From assembly GCF_006345805.1 (NCBI RefSeq), contig NC_042999.1, forward strand, positions 39,804,001 to 39,868,000: a DNA stretch of 64,000 bases. The letters are read 5' to 3'. The stretch comes from Octopus sinensis. Its lineage: Eukaryota. Of the stretch, positions 12,801-26,590 are shown in pieces. Below the pieces are notes generated by a model that worked only from the letters and a program-made list of their open reading frames with translations, ran no database searches and had not been told where the DNA came from. The position numbers were made by a program, and so were the translations under genes. Position 1 is the stretch's first letter; each line of letters begins with the position of its first letter.

Positions 12801-13157
12801 GAGAACAATACAGTATGGACATATATTTTGACATGGTTTTCGTTAATTCCCTTTCTAAAGGTTTAATAAAATGGAGGCAACTATATCATGTTCGTGCGCA
12901 TTCTGCTTCAGACGTAGATAATGGGGATTAATTACGTAATCTCAACTTTGACAAAAGTGACTGAGTACAACCATCGGAAAATATTTCATTCTCTTTTTCC
13001 ACAAAACAAGACTTAAAATTTTAGATAAAAACTTTCTCTACCGACGATTAATGATGTTCCCTGTCATTTCACATATTACTGAATCCATTTTTATAATCAA
13101 TCAGTGCGTGTAGTGTGTGTCCATTATATAATTAAGGCTTATTCTTTGCAAATATAT

Positions 13158-13268
<111 letters not shown>

Positions 13269-13669
13269 GAACATTTTTAGATTCTTCTATTCTTTCCTTC
13301 ACAACTGGTTTTTAGTATATTTGAATATTTATTTATGATGTACTCCTTAACCTTTGATGTTAACATCTGATCACTTGGTATCATCGCATAATTGTATGAA
13401 TAGTACATAGTGTAACTTTTTTAGCTTGATACACAATGCATTTCTTCTAAGATTAAAAGCGGTCATTCTTTCGTTACTGCAATTCAATATCTGTGAAGTA
13501 TGACCTAATTTCAACCATTCATTAATTATCCTTTACCACATATCATTTACCTTACTTGTTTCATTCATTGGATAGCGGTTACCGACACATACACATACAG
13601 ACACATATAAATGCGCTTGTGAGTGTATGTCTATAGATGTATAGCGTTTATATGTGTGTATGTGTGCGC

Positions 13670-14400
13670 GTATGTTCCTTATGCATTCCAAAACCGAGTT
13701 GCCGATATTGACACAAGGTGTATCAAAAGATTCAGTAAGCTTTTGACTACCAACTAAACTATATTTTCATTCACATATTTGCAATGCAAAAATTTAACAT
13801 GATCATTGTTTTTTTAGACACATATCGTAAACATCGTTTACCACCACCAGCACTTGTAGATCTGTCGTCTACGTTCGTTAATTTCCACAAAAAAATTGTA
13901 TTTATTTACTTTTGTTTTAAAGTCAAAGATGTATGTACGTGTATATGAAATGGACGTGAGAGATAGAGAAGAGATAGGGAGAGAGAAAGGGAGAAGGAGA
14001 GAGAGAGAGGAAGATAGAAAGAGATAGAGAAAGAAAGAAAGTGACTGAAGGGGCGTGTTGTTATGTATACGTACATATATCAATACAAATGCATGCATCT
14101 GTTTTGTATGTACATGTGCGTTTGTGTGAGAGAGAGGAAGGGAGTGATTAAGTGAACGTGTGTGCTCTCATGTATGTGTAACTGGCATTCATCCTCTCTC
14201 TCTCTCTCTCTCTTTCGCACACACACGCACACACACATACGCACACACGTCCATTTCATATACACATTCATACATCTTTCACTTTCTCTACCTCTTTCAC
14301 TTTAAAACAAAAGTAATTGAATAAAGATAATTTACGGAAATTAACGGATAAAATAGCTGATCCGGATGAGAGTTTGGTGACAACTTTGATAGTTATAACA
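13670..14400 (+). repeat. Dispersed repeat segment 'X', homologous to 31910-32320 and partly to the interior of the 14411-15765 element
   Basis: Shared blocks ttccttatgcatt(c/t)(c/t)aaaaccgagt...aagcttttg...ctatattttcattcac, and aatttac(g/t)gaaattaac...tgacaactttg. Confidence 0.6.
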
Positions 14401-14410
14401 GAAAAATAGC

Positions 14411-15765
14411 CACAATGCATGCGTAGAATTCTACTGAGAAAAATATTTATGAACATGTACACATATTGTATGAAAATAAGCTATAACCAAAAAATTGCAC
14501 TAAAAGGCATCGATTTCTCTGTGTTATGACGAAATACCCTCCCCCTCTCTCTCTCTCACACACACCAAAAATATATAGGCATATGTATTTATGGGCAACG
14601 GTAAAGGATATGCACACCCCGCGTTCAGGGTTAGGACTACGCCGAAAACGGGTGGTGTACGTATTCTTTACACTCGCTTATTCATGTACGTGTATATGAA
14701 AGATATTGTGTGTGTGTGTGAGAGAGAGAAAGTAAGTAAGTAAGAGAGAGAAAGGAAGAGAGAGAGTGAGTGCCTCTTGCACATGCACGCAAAAAATTCA
14801 AACATCACAACACCCACCTTCACTCCCTCACTCACTCACTCACTAACTCACTTACTCACTCACCCACTCACTCTCTATCTATCTCTCTCACACACGTTTT
14901 CATATACATGTATAATTTTCAATTTCCTTCTCTTTTAGTCTCTCTTCTAACTTCAAAGCAGATGTCGCATTTACCCTTTATCCTCTCTTTCAATTTCTGG
15001 TTTCTTGAAAGAATAAAGAAATTTTAAAAAAATTTACTGAAATTAACAGACAATCATATGATCCCATATATATCCATTTGACAACTTTGCTTCTTCAAAC
15101 GAAAGAATGCCATAAAATAACTTCCTTTGACGCATGCACACACACACGCACATACAAATACTCTAGCTAAAACAACTGTGGTAATTATGTTATTCCTTGC
15201 TCTGTGTACGCGCAAATTTAAAACTCAAATCCAATTAAAATGATCTTTTTCTATTGTGTAATTTCTGTTTGCGCTGAGTGTATTTAAAGAACTGATCTTC
15301 GATATAAACTTAAAAGAAAGTTTTCCTAGAAAACCTGTCCTTTACCTCTTCTTTCTAGCATGACCGAGGCGACAATTCCGCTCCCGCGCCATATATTTGT
15401 CCTAAATTCCTTCTGATTCCTACGTTTGTGATACAGGAGTTTACGATTTTACCCACAAAATATTTCTCAATATTTTAATTTTCTCCCTCCTCACACCAAA
15501 TTCAGTTTTTACTTTTTTCAAATATTTTTTTCTTGATAATCGATGGAGAAAAGACAGGCAGTACGAATCATGAAGAATTTTACTAATCACCACATCACTT
15601 TCAAAAGCTATACACTTCCAATGTTTCACTTTTAGCTGTTTGGAAAGCGGAGAAGTTCCTTCAGAAATAATATCATTTACCTGCTGTTTCTAGCATGTCG
15701 TGTTTTCTGGTGGTGTTCTGGTATTTTCTAAGTTTACTATTTCAGGAGAATTCTACTCATGCGGG
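14411..15765 (+). mobile_element. Non-autonomous TIR DNA element, copy 1
   Basis: Ends contain the inverted motif gcat(a/g)cgtagaattctact. Colinear with 34041-35334. No ORF; superfamily not assigned. Confidence 0.65.
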
Positions 15766-17929
15766 AAGCAAATTTCAGTATATTAGCAAAATATCTACCT
15801 ATTTTTCTAAATAACTAAATTTATCCCAGTAGACCATTTGAGTTGCTTGACTGACTGCTTTGATTCTAATTAACACAATGGCTCTGTAACTATTTTCTAC
15901 ATACAAATATCTTGCGCTGATAATATCAAGAGGTATCTGTCGCTATTACATCACTTGCTAAATAATACAAAGGTTTTCATGTATGCATCACATTTCGATC
16001 TCATGTGAAGTAAATTTCATTACCTGGAATCATATATTCCTTGAGGTGTAGTATTCGCTACCTATTGCCACTAGGTTTTTGCTTACTGCCAACGATAAAG
16101 GAACAAATTCAAATTAACTTCAAATAGGTTTAGTTCGTTTTCCAGTACACCGCCATTTACCTCAGTCACTGTAAAAATGCGTAACCAAAGTAACTCGCAA
16201 TGTGATTGAGACAGGAAGGATGATGTTTGAACGACGAATCAAGACTACAGTTATTGCTAGTACATGAACATACCTTTTTTTTTAAATAAATGTTTGTGCG
16301 GATTATATATATTCGTTTATTTACCCGATCTTACCTACGATGGTTTTTTTTCTTTCATGCATCTTGATATTTTCTGTCAGGGAATAGCACTGCTATATAA
16401 TTTTATCTCATATTAAAATGCATTATACTAATGTGCATTACGAATCTATTGATATTCAAATAGCTATTTAAGTATTTTGCTTTGGAAACCGAATTAACGT
16501 GTGATACAGTTTATATTTTTGATATTGATTTATATTGCTGTATTTCGTTGAAATATTCCTGTCGCAATATTGATTACATTTTGCAGAATTTAGTCTATAA
16601 TTTTTATTCTCTAAAATGACCTATTTAAAATGTGGTGATACGATATTATTTTCGTTCATCAATATACGATTTCTCTCTCTCACACTTTCCTCCTCACTCT
16701 GTACGTTTGCTGGTAAGTTCTACCGTAATATATACACATATATACACACACATCTACGTACAGGTATATTTATGCGCGCACGTGTGTATATGTGTCACAG
16801 AGATATCATAATCGATATATAAACACATTTTTACTTTTAATTTAATTACACATCTGTAAATATATTACTACTGAATAATCTCTTATTTGAATGATTTCTT
16901 TCATTTATCTAATATTCTTCACAATAACAACTAGACTATTTACATTCAGACTATTTATTGACTATTTATTGTAATTGAGGATCATTCATTGTAATTTTCT
17001 GCATACTAATCAATATTCCATTTTCGCTCTAAGTTAAGATTCGTGAAATATCTGTAATTTCCTATCATAATTAAATTTAACTGATTGCTTACTAGTTATC
17101 ATTTATCTTAGTATCACATTAGAGGCCCTGAAAAGTAATTCATATACAACAGGTAATTCTGAGGTAAAATATGATGCCATTTTTACTAGAATATATGGAT
17201 TCAAATGTTATTTTTATAAACACCTCAATAGGTTTGACGTGTTAGGACTTGCATAGCAATACACGAGTTGCCATTTAAAATATGTAGTCGTTGATTTGCA
17301 AGACAAAAAATATATTAACTCATAATATCAACAGCAACGTTATGTACCCCGTATTTATGTAGACAAATTTCCCTTTACGTTATTTACCTGGCTTTGTGTT
17401 TAAGAGGCTTGTTTTACGTAAATGTGGTCTTAGGTTCAGTCTGACATCAAAGCTACATGGGCAAGTGTCTTCTACTATTGCCACGAGTCAACTACACTTA
17501 TAAGTGGTGTGCAAGACGGAAATTAAAAGAAGCTCGTCGTATTTATATTACGTGTGTATATGAATGTCATTATTCAGTTTTATTTCAAGATTACTTGCCA
17601 AGAGAAAACAGATGGTTTTTAACAAAAATACAAGGATCCTTCCATGGAATTTCAACAACAAAAAAGGGTATTTTTGTATGTATGTACATATGTATGTATG
17701 TATTTGTACAGATATGTTTTTATTTTTGAGTTACGTGTGGATGTATGCATGTATGTATATATGTATGTCAGTCTCTCAATCCGTTAGACATTACTCAGTT
17801 TTATTTCAATAGAGAATGAGCCGGCTTCTTACCTAAGTCCAAGGCTGTTTCATTGGAATTTGTATGTATGTATTTATGTTTGTATATACGTATTTTTGTA
17901 TGTATGTATGTATGTATGTATATAAGTAT

Positions 17930-19230
17930 ATATGAAAGCCTAATTTCTCAAGGTAGGTATTTATGCAGTGGGTTACATATCACAGGTCTCCAATAATTAC
18001 TGGTACGAATCTGAATTTGTAATTTGGATTGAGTAACTACAGATTTATTAATAGTTCAGCGTAGTTAATCTCTTTTTCACTGATTTTCAGCTTTATGTTA
18101 ACATTCGCAGTGTAGGTCATTTCCACAACCGTACGCAGTTTTTCTTCCCTACCCAAATCATTATATCGGGTCTATTGTGCTTACATTGTATTGAGGTTTT
18201 AACTGAGATATTCCAACAGTACTCCTTTTTATTATGAGTAGTTATTACTTCTATCATACTATGGGTTCTTATTTCTTTTTCCTCGGAGTTATCCTTCCGA
18301 CGGATTTCACTATAGAGAGCCCTGGATATAGCATCCTGCCTCATCGGTAGATAATAATGTGAGGACATATTCGGACAACTGCTAATGATGTGGGTGTTAT
18401 CATCGGTGTTAACTCTATAAAGTCTGCCTCGGTTGTCACATTTTACTGCTTTTCCAGCATGTCTGTCTCTTTTGTGCATCAGGTGTATTGTTGATATTTC
18501 CTGTTCCTGGATTGCAAACGCATACTCTTCAAAGTAGGAGTTAATCATCATGACAGACTGCTTTGATAATCAATGTTACTATCATCTCGGAGCCTTCTGC
18601 AGACATATGCATGCATTGTCTTCTGCTCACGCGCGCATCCTTTTATGATATACTGCGACAGAGTCATACGACTTATTTGGGCATATATTTAAGGTTATCA
18701 GACAAGGAATGCTGCTCAAGGAGCTACCTCATGAGTCTTATATTATCAGCCTAATGTATGCAAACTTGGTCAAAGGATGCACTTCGATAGTTGGTGGTTA
18801 AAAGTTGTTGTCGACGAGTTATTATACGACATTTAAAGGCAGCTTGGATTGATATTAAGTACATGCCACCATGTTTTCGCTTTAGGTAAATGCGGTCTAT
18901 GTCACTGTTGATGGAGAAATTATGTGTGCTTGTTAGTATCTTCCGGGTTTTCACAACATTGGCTCGGATTTCATGAAGCGTCCAATCAAGCAGCATTAAT
19001 TACTGGCACCGCAAACACACTGTGGGCCTCGTCTTATTGAATGTAGCGAGTTCGGAGGTCCAAATTTTATTTATTGAGATGTAATATTCTTTATTGACAC
19101 GTGTTTTGTTACAGGTGCCATTGAAATGTATGTTATCATCCACCCATAGAAAACTGCAACATTCCTCATTGATGGATATGTCGCTAGTCTTGTTTACAGT
19201 TTTTCTGCTTTTCACCACCATATAACATTT
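17930..19230 (-). mobile_element. 5'-truncated R4/Dong-clade non-LTR element (late RT, CCHC-derived knuckle, restriction-like endonuclease)
   Basis: RVNKEYYISINKIWTSEL; KTRKILT...DIDRIYLKRKHGG; FAIQEQEI...HIISSCP...MRQD...HNRPD; EKEINYAEL...FRFVPVIIG...LEKLGF. Confidence 0.85.
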
Positions 19231-19239
19231 CGTCAGATA

Positions 19240-19356
19240 ACTATGTATTTATATATGTATGTATGTATGTATGTATGTTGTATGTATGTATGTATGTATG
19301 TATGTATGTATGTATGTATGTATCTATGTATGTATGTATATACATACATATATTTG

Positions 19357-19398
<42 letters not shown>

Positions 19399-19420
19399 AA
19401 TGTATGTATGTATAGACATA
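19240..19420. repeat. (TATG)n/(TA)n compound microsatellite
   Basis: Direct reading. Confidence 0.95.
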
Positions 19421-19438
19421 CATATATATGTATGTATA

Positions 19439-19487
<49 letters not shown>

Positions 19488-19497
19488 ACAAAATTAA

Positions 19498-19724
19498 GAG
19501 GCATGACCACAAAATGGGCACCCTATATGCTAAACATAGACGTCAAATCGCCATTACCACGAAGAATGTGTTCTCAAGAAAAAAAATCTCAGCAAAGTGC
19601 CAAAACGACATTTTTACATTTTGGCATTTTGCTGAGATTTTTCTTGAGAAAACATTCTTCGTGGTAATGGCGATTTGACGTCTATTTTTAGCATATAGAT
19701 TGTCCACTTTAGTGGTCAATCCTC
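19498..19724. mobile_element. 227-bp palindromic MITE with GAG...CTC ends, flanked by TTAA (Sola3-like signature)
   Basis: TTAA at 19494-19497 and 19725-19728. Termini gaggcatgaccac / gtggtcaatcctc. The whole element is an imperfect hairpin. Confidence 0.75.
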
Positions 19725-19857
19725 TTAATTTTGCATGTAATACAATTTTTAAGCTCCGGATTTTTTAAATATTCTAAGCCACTGGTTTTAATTGATAAAT
19801 ATCAATTTCTACCCTTATTATTTAATTTTATATATATATATATATATAAATACATAC

Positions 19858-19923
<66 letters not shown>

Positions 19924-19929
19924 ATATAT

Positions 19930-20145
19930 AGTTAATCCAAACAAAAAAGCACAACAAACATAACAACGCGAGGTCGTGGAACAAATATAGTATTATTGGA
20001 TGCTCAGGAAAGAAGGAAAGAAGGATGGTTTACCGTTTCGAGCGGAGCTCTTCGTCGGAACGTAGGAGAAAGAAAGATCCAGAGAAGGGAAGACAGAGGG
20101 GAAAAAATCGCCAACGGTACACACGAGGTCATATGCATGTATGTA
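19930..20145 (-). mobile_element. PLE family A copy with a decayed HHR (20028-20061)
   Basis: gtt-CCGACGA-agagctccgctc-GAAA-cggt-aaac: U16.1 is lost. Tail homologous to 49430-49520. Confidence 0.65.
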
Positions 20146-21049
20146 ATTTATATATATATATATATATAGTAATACAACGACATACAAACACACATAATAT
20201 AATACATACAGGCACACACACTCAGAGGTTTGTCTGTGAGTGTGTGTGTATGTATTGCATTATATATAGATATGTGTGTGTGTGTGCGTGCGTGCGTGCC
20301 GCTGTATTAATTTATACATGCACATTGTTGCTAAATCCTTGAACTGAGTATAGATACGAAAATATAAATCTACGTATACGTTCCTATAAATCTAGATTTT
20401 CGTTTGTATATGTTAGCTTCCGTGTTCTGTGTATATATTTAGTTTTTCCTTCAGCAATCTCTATTCATTTTTTCGAAATGATTCAAACACGTTAGGCATG
20501 TTATTGTGTGGACTGATCGACTGCGTTGTGCATCTACTAATTGTGATTATCAATGAAAATTTGGATTGAGTACAATATGTTTATAAACATTTTTTTTTTC
20601 GATATGTTGCCAAATAATAACTGAATGCCAGTCGTGATGACGTTGTGAACCAATGGATAGCCTGGGAAATATTATATATTTGTGTAATAATGACGGAAGT
20701 AAATACGCATGCTTATAAAGAAATGAAGGCCAACTATTATACTGGTATCTATGGAATAGGACTGAAAGATAAATGAGAAATTTAAACAGGCAAGCGCATA
20801 CCATGCACACATATATATATAGAGTGAATTGATTTCATGCTCTCTATCTTGGTCACGTGCTTTGAGTTTGTTTGCTCTGTATTTTTTCGGAACACGCCGC
20901 GTGATTCATAAAAGAATTACCAAGTAAATACTGATACTGAGGAAAATTTATTTAGTTTTGTTTTTTGTATATGGCGATTATTACTCTGAAAAGGACTGCT
21001 ATTTCTAGGTGCATGTGTGTATATACGTATATATATATCATCATTCGTC

Positions 21050-21460
21050 TTTTAAAATCCAAGTTTTGTCTCCGTTTACGGGGGGGGGGGCTGGATCTAC
21101 CTCAATGTCATAGCAACCGCCCTCACACTATTTCGCCTTCTTGCCCAATTTTGGGCGTTCAATCTTCTCAAGTCAACGCTCCCTAAAGCCCCCTCCACCT
21201 GTTCACTCCACATTTTCCACAATCTACCTCGCATTTACCGTTCATTTACCTCAAACACTAGTACCTTCTTCAGAACATGCTTCATACCACCTCGCTCCAT
21301 TCGACCTTGCCAGCCGTTCCACTGATTCCTCCAAACCTAGCATCTCCATCGAGTCCTCATTCTTTCTATTATCAAGCAACCTCACGTCACACTTTTCCTC
21401 ACCACTGCTCTCTCAGTCCTTCTCAAAATTGCCATCTCCAGCGTGGCATCCTTGCGCAAA
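21050..21460 (-). mobile_element. RTE-type LINE 3' end fragment
   Basis: Minus-strand EMAILRRTERAVVR...MEMLGLEESVERLARSNGARWY...VLVFEV...MWSEQVE, followed by a tail ending in (tga)n-like repeats. Confidence 0.8.
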
Positions 21461-21606
21461 GAGAAAGAGAACTGAATAATGACATACACACACCGGTATA
21501 TATAAATATGACGTGCTTCTTTTATTTCCGCGTTCTAAACTATTTGTAAGTGTGGTTTATCAGTGGCAATAATGGATGAATATATATATATATATATTAT
21601 ATATAT

Positions 21607-21660
<54 letters not shown>

Positions 21661-21689
21661 TATATATATGGGGGGGGGTGACAAAAAAA

Positions 21690-21860
21690 AAACGGAAGAC
21701 GAAGACAACAAACAGATGTATTAGTATAACTCTCGGAAAGTGAAAAAGTCTTTAACGTTTCAAGTCTACATTCTTCCACAGAAAGGAATACAGAAAGAAA
21801 CAAGGAAAGAAAATAAAGGGTTACGAGATTACAAGGAGGTGAGCACAACAACATCAGTTG
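21690..21860 (-). mobile_element. PLE pLTR-type repeat 'family A2' with an HHR-like motif (21750-21785)
   Basis: Homologous to 59200-59356. cttt-CTGTGGA-agaatgtagactt-GAAA-cgtt-aaag. Confidence 0.6.
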
Positions 21861-21926
21861 TCAAGTGATGGTGGGGGGATGATCACAGACACAAAAATAC
21901 ACACTCACACATACACACACCACATA

Positions 21927-21989
<63 letters not shown>

Positions 21990-21990
<1 letters not shown>

Positions 21991-22115
21991 TACAACGGTG
22001 ATCTTTCAGTTGTATAGTGGCTATAGTAGAAGACAAGGTGCTACGCAGTGAGACTGAACTCGAGACCATGTGCTTGGGAAGCACGCTTCCTACCACACAG
22101 CCACGATACATGCCC
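21990..22115 (-). mobile_element. SINE type A 5' fragment, diverged
   Basis: ctatagtagaagac...accatgtg...ttcctaccacacagccac matches the reverse complement of the type A head. Confidence 0.7.
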
Positions 22116-22491
22116 CTTAGACTTTTTTTACATGCTGATTTATTTATAAACAAACTCTCACAGAGTCAGCATTGACTATAATCTCCTGAAGATAATACGA
22201 ATTGGCAATATTTTCACGAATTTCAAAGCTATGATCAGCGAAATGCGAAACCTGTCGAATATCATGCCGTTCTATCCTTCAAAATATATTTAAAAACATA
22301 ATCCGTGAGCGTTTTTCATCTTTTCAGACACACACACACACACACACAGATACATTTATTAGTAAGAAGGGAAAGTACAAGTGACATGTGAAAGCACCGA
22401 TTTGGATATGCAAATTTTATATACTGAGAGGAAAAATATTCAATTCCCGCATAAGGGAACCTGCACACTGACGAACAAATGCTCGCTTTTG

Positions 22492-22532
<41 letters not shown>

Positions 22533-22536
22533 ATGT

Positions 22537-22581
<45 letters not shown>

Positions 22582-23250
22582 CTCATGCATTATATATGTG
22601 GTGGTGGGTGTTTGTTTCTGGTTTAATATGCACAAATTTGTTTGTTTGTATTTCAAGCGTCATGTAAGTGTTTCCATGATAAAACAGACTGTAGATATGA
22701 TAAAAGCATGCTAGGCTTGTAAGTAATGAGAGATTAGAAAAATAAAACGCCAAACGAAAAAACAAGAAAGAAAAAGAAATGAGACTAAAGATGGTGAATG
22801 GTAGATTTACCATGTAGCATAATATATATGCTTAAAATGGATTTTCTATAAGGCCGCAGTATATATTCAATAGATGTAAGAATGCATAAAGAGAAAGAGT
22901 TTGGCAGCAGCTAATTACCGTGCTCAAAGACCAATTGAATACAATCCACCTACCTACTACACTGTAAATTTCTTTTTGCGCCAGCAGTGACTATTGATTA
23001 TTTGATTGAAGCGGCAGTAGGGTCTTAGATCAAAGATTTTCAGTTGTAGATTGTTGAACACATGATAATATGCATCACAGTGACACACATTAATTGACGC
23101 ACTCAAACACACACAAACACACACAAACACACACACACACACATATGTAGATACTAGAATATGTACATATATACATATATATATATGTCTATATATATAT
23201 GTGTGTGTATATATACATATATATATATATATACATACACGTATACACAC

Positions 23251-23390
<140 letters not shown>

Positions 23391-24104
23391 GTAGGTATGT
23401 ATAGATATACATGCCTATATGTGCTCACATACATATGTACACAAACACGTTGTACTATCACAGTCTGTCGGCGATATACACGCATGTGGCACACTCTAGA
23501 GAAGCTATAGACACGTTTAGGTACATGCGTGTATGTATAGGAACGTGTGTTTTTTCCTTTTATATCGTTAGCTTTAAGAGATAATGCATATTAATACTAG
23601 TAAAAAAAGAAATAAAAAAGGTGCACTTAATCTTACTCTTACGCACATATTTTCAAAGGCACTCGCATACACACATGCACGAGTATTTTATGCAGATATT
23701 TATATATACATGGGTGTTTATATGCGAGTGTGTGTGTTTGTATGTGTATGTACCTGTGTGTGAACGTGCGTTCGCAAGCGTTTCTATTGAAACCGTCTAT
23801 TAGTGTAAATGTAGAACGCATAAGCAGTTTTATAGATCTGTATGTAAACCTACGTATGCAACTTTACTAGGACATAGTCGAACACACGCACACACGCACA
23901 CACGCACACGCTCCGCACACACGCTCCGCACATACATGCTCACATACATTCTCATGTGCGCAATGTTTGTACACATATATAAATAAACACACCGTGTGCT
24001 AAAACATATCTCTATTTATCTATTTCTTTAACTATATATATATGAGTTTATATACAGGTAAAAAAATTATATATAAATATATATATATATATATAATAAT
24101 AATG

Positions 24105-24982
24105 ATAATAATGAAATTATTGTATACAGTGCTCAGGTGCATCACAACTTGTCAGAAAGTGCATATAAAGTACAAGCAGTAATGTAGAAATGTCTGGAAA
24201 GGGAACAATGTATGAGTCGGATACATGCTTGTGTGTGTATGGAGGGGAGAAAATCAAGTGTAGTGTTGGCGAATCTCAGGAAGCATGGAAGTTTTGAAGG
24301 ATGCAGTGCTCCGACAACTAACAACTGATGCCGGCAGTTTGTTCCATGCTTCAGCAAATCTCAGCGTGAAAAAATGTTTCCTGAAGCCATGGGAGCTGTG
24401 CTGTTTTCTTACTTTGTAAATATGTCCACGGGTGTTAGATGGGTGGAGTTTGAAAAGGTGCTCAGAGTTATTGTTTGTACGATGGTTGATAATTTTATGG
24501 GTGTCTGCCAAGTCAGCTGCCAGACGTCGGAGTTTCAATGTGTCCATGCCCAGGGAAGTATGGCGTTCAGGATATGTCAAATGCCTGATGGAGGGTATTT
24601 TTTTGGTTGCACGTCGCTGAACAGCTTCCAGACGATTGATATCCTGGGCAAGATAGGGGTTCCAGACCGGTGATGCAAATTCCAGGTGAGGTCTTACCAT
24701 AGCTATATAAAGCCGCAGATAGATAGCCGGAGTGCGGTTCACAAAGGATTTGGTGAGTGATGCCAAGACACCCTCAGCCTTCTTGACAATTTTAGCGATG
24801 TGTTTTGTTGAACGCAAATCACTGTCGACAATAACACCCAGGTCACGTTCACATGAAGACTTTTTGAGACTAGTGTTGTGGAGGGAGTAGGTGGACGCTG
24901 GGTTTCTCCTCCAAAATGCATGGTGGTACATTTGTCCACAGCCAGCTTGAGTTGCCAGTCCCAGATCCACTGCTGCATTGTA
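24105..24982 (-). mobile_element. 5'-truncated CR1-clade LINE (RT C-terminus plus 3'UTR with ATT-type tail)
   Basis: QQWIWDWQLKLAVDKCTTMHFG, one frameshift, then RDLGVIVDSDL...LYIAMVRPHLEFASPVWNP...LEAVQRRATK...NTRGHIYKV...FAEAWNKLP. Flanked by (TA)n on both sides. Confidence 0.92.
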
Positions 24983-25005
24983 TATATATATAATATAATA
25001 TATAT

Positions 25006-25084
<79 letters not shown>

Positions 25085-25093
25085 ATACTTTAT

Positions 25094-25325
25094 TTAAAAG
25101 CAGCAGAAATTCAACAAAACCTGTTACTCGGAATTTTACGTTTTCGTTCGTCGGACAGTTTTTATTAAAAAATTTTAACAAAAACTGTCCGACGAACGGG
25201 AACGTGAAACTCCGAGTAACAGGTTTTGTTGAATTTCTGCTGCTTTTAATAACGCATATTACTCTACTGCTGGTATTTGAGTACTCTTTTTTCCACCTTG
25301 TTTCACATTTATGTGTTTACTCCGG
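25094..25325 (+). mobile_element. Fold-back PLE mini-element (imperfect palindrome 25094-25249 plus right tail)
   Basis: Arms are reverse complements with a few mismatches around the centre at ~25171. (TA)n flanks. Confidence 0.75.
25181..25227 (+). ncRNA. HHR-like motif with a U4C core
   Basis: aaaactgt-CCGACGA-acg-ggaa-cgt-GAAA-ctc-c-gag-TA-acag-g-tttt. Confidence 0.55.
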
Positions 25326-25369
25326 TATATATATATAAAATAAATATAAATAATATATATATATATATA

Positions 25370-25415
<46 letters not shown>

Positions 25416-26249
25416 TATTTAAACCCATAGTTTCATATGGTGAGAAATTCTCAACCTAATTCGACAGGCACGAAAATTAGCCTTACTCTTTCTGAAGTAC
25501 ATGTGCGCATATTAGTGTGATGTATGTGTGTTTCTGTGTGGGTACCGCATTAGAGTTCAAAGTTAACTTACAATTTGTAAGGTACTTTTATTTCGAAAGC
25601 AGCATTATAGCATACTGGAATAGATGGTCTCATTCGTTCAATGTAACATTTGAACTAATAAATATGACACTATTTATTGTAACGATTATAATACATGTTC
25701 TTTTAATTTGGAAACATCTCAAAGAATAACTGCAGGCCTGTAGTATCTGTGTGTGTGTGTGTGTGTTGCATATGTTTTCTCGAGATATATAATTTGCGAT
25801 AAAATGCTCATTTGTTAATTATGAATACTTAACACAAATTTCGACGTAACTGCTTAAGATGTATTATCGTATTCTGAAATTGTTATTGATTTTTATATAT
25901 AATATTTTGAGATTGTTACATATGAATATTACTAATCCATAATCATATATGACTAATATACACGGCAGCACAATATCAACAATCATGGTAGCGCGAGCTG
26001 AGCCTAAATTGTCAATGAATGTAACCTGCGGTGCCTAACAGGTTCAATCAAACGGACAACTTGCAGACGAAGAGTTGAAATAAGGTGAAACATTAAGTCT
26101 CACGATAAAGTAGGAAATGACTGCAGCTTAATCAAACTGACAAATTTAAATTCAAAATTCTTGCATTCGAAGGCTGTCTGCACTGAGCTCAAGTGTCTAC
26201 ATCTTTCATCTCTTCTTAGGGCCTGTATATATATATATCGTTATTTCTG

Positions 26250-26590
26250 TGGAGATAACCAGTTGCTGTCATGATCTTGCGTGTTTTAGTGGCTGTGAAA
26301 TGGATGTTTTCTATGGACCAGTTAAATTTCCCAAATGTTGGGATCAGCACTGGTGCTGCAAATGAGTTTTTAGAACTTGTCTCACTGTAAGAGGAGAGTT
26401 CCGACTGCCATATTATTTTTGTAGTCTGGAATAATATTATCGCACCCCTCTATCTTTTATCACTGCACCATCGTACGGTAAGTTTTCGTAGAACTATCTG
26501 TATGGGACAAGAGAGATAGTGAGACCACTGATGCACAGGCTTTGGTGATGGAGGATAAATTTTACTCGTTCAACAATCAAATATGAACAA
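26250..26590 (-). mobile_element. R4/Dong-clade RT fragment
   Basis: Minus-strand NSFAAPVLIPTFGKFNWSIENIHFTATKTRKIMTATGYLH. Confidence 0.75.
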
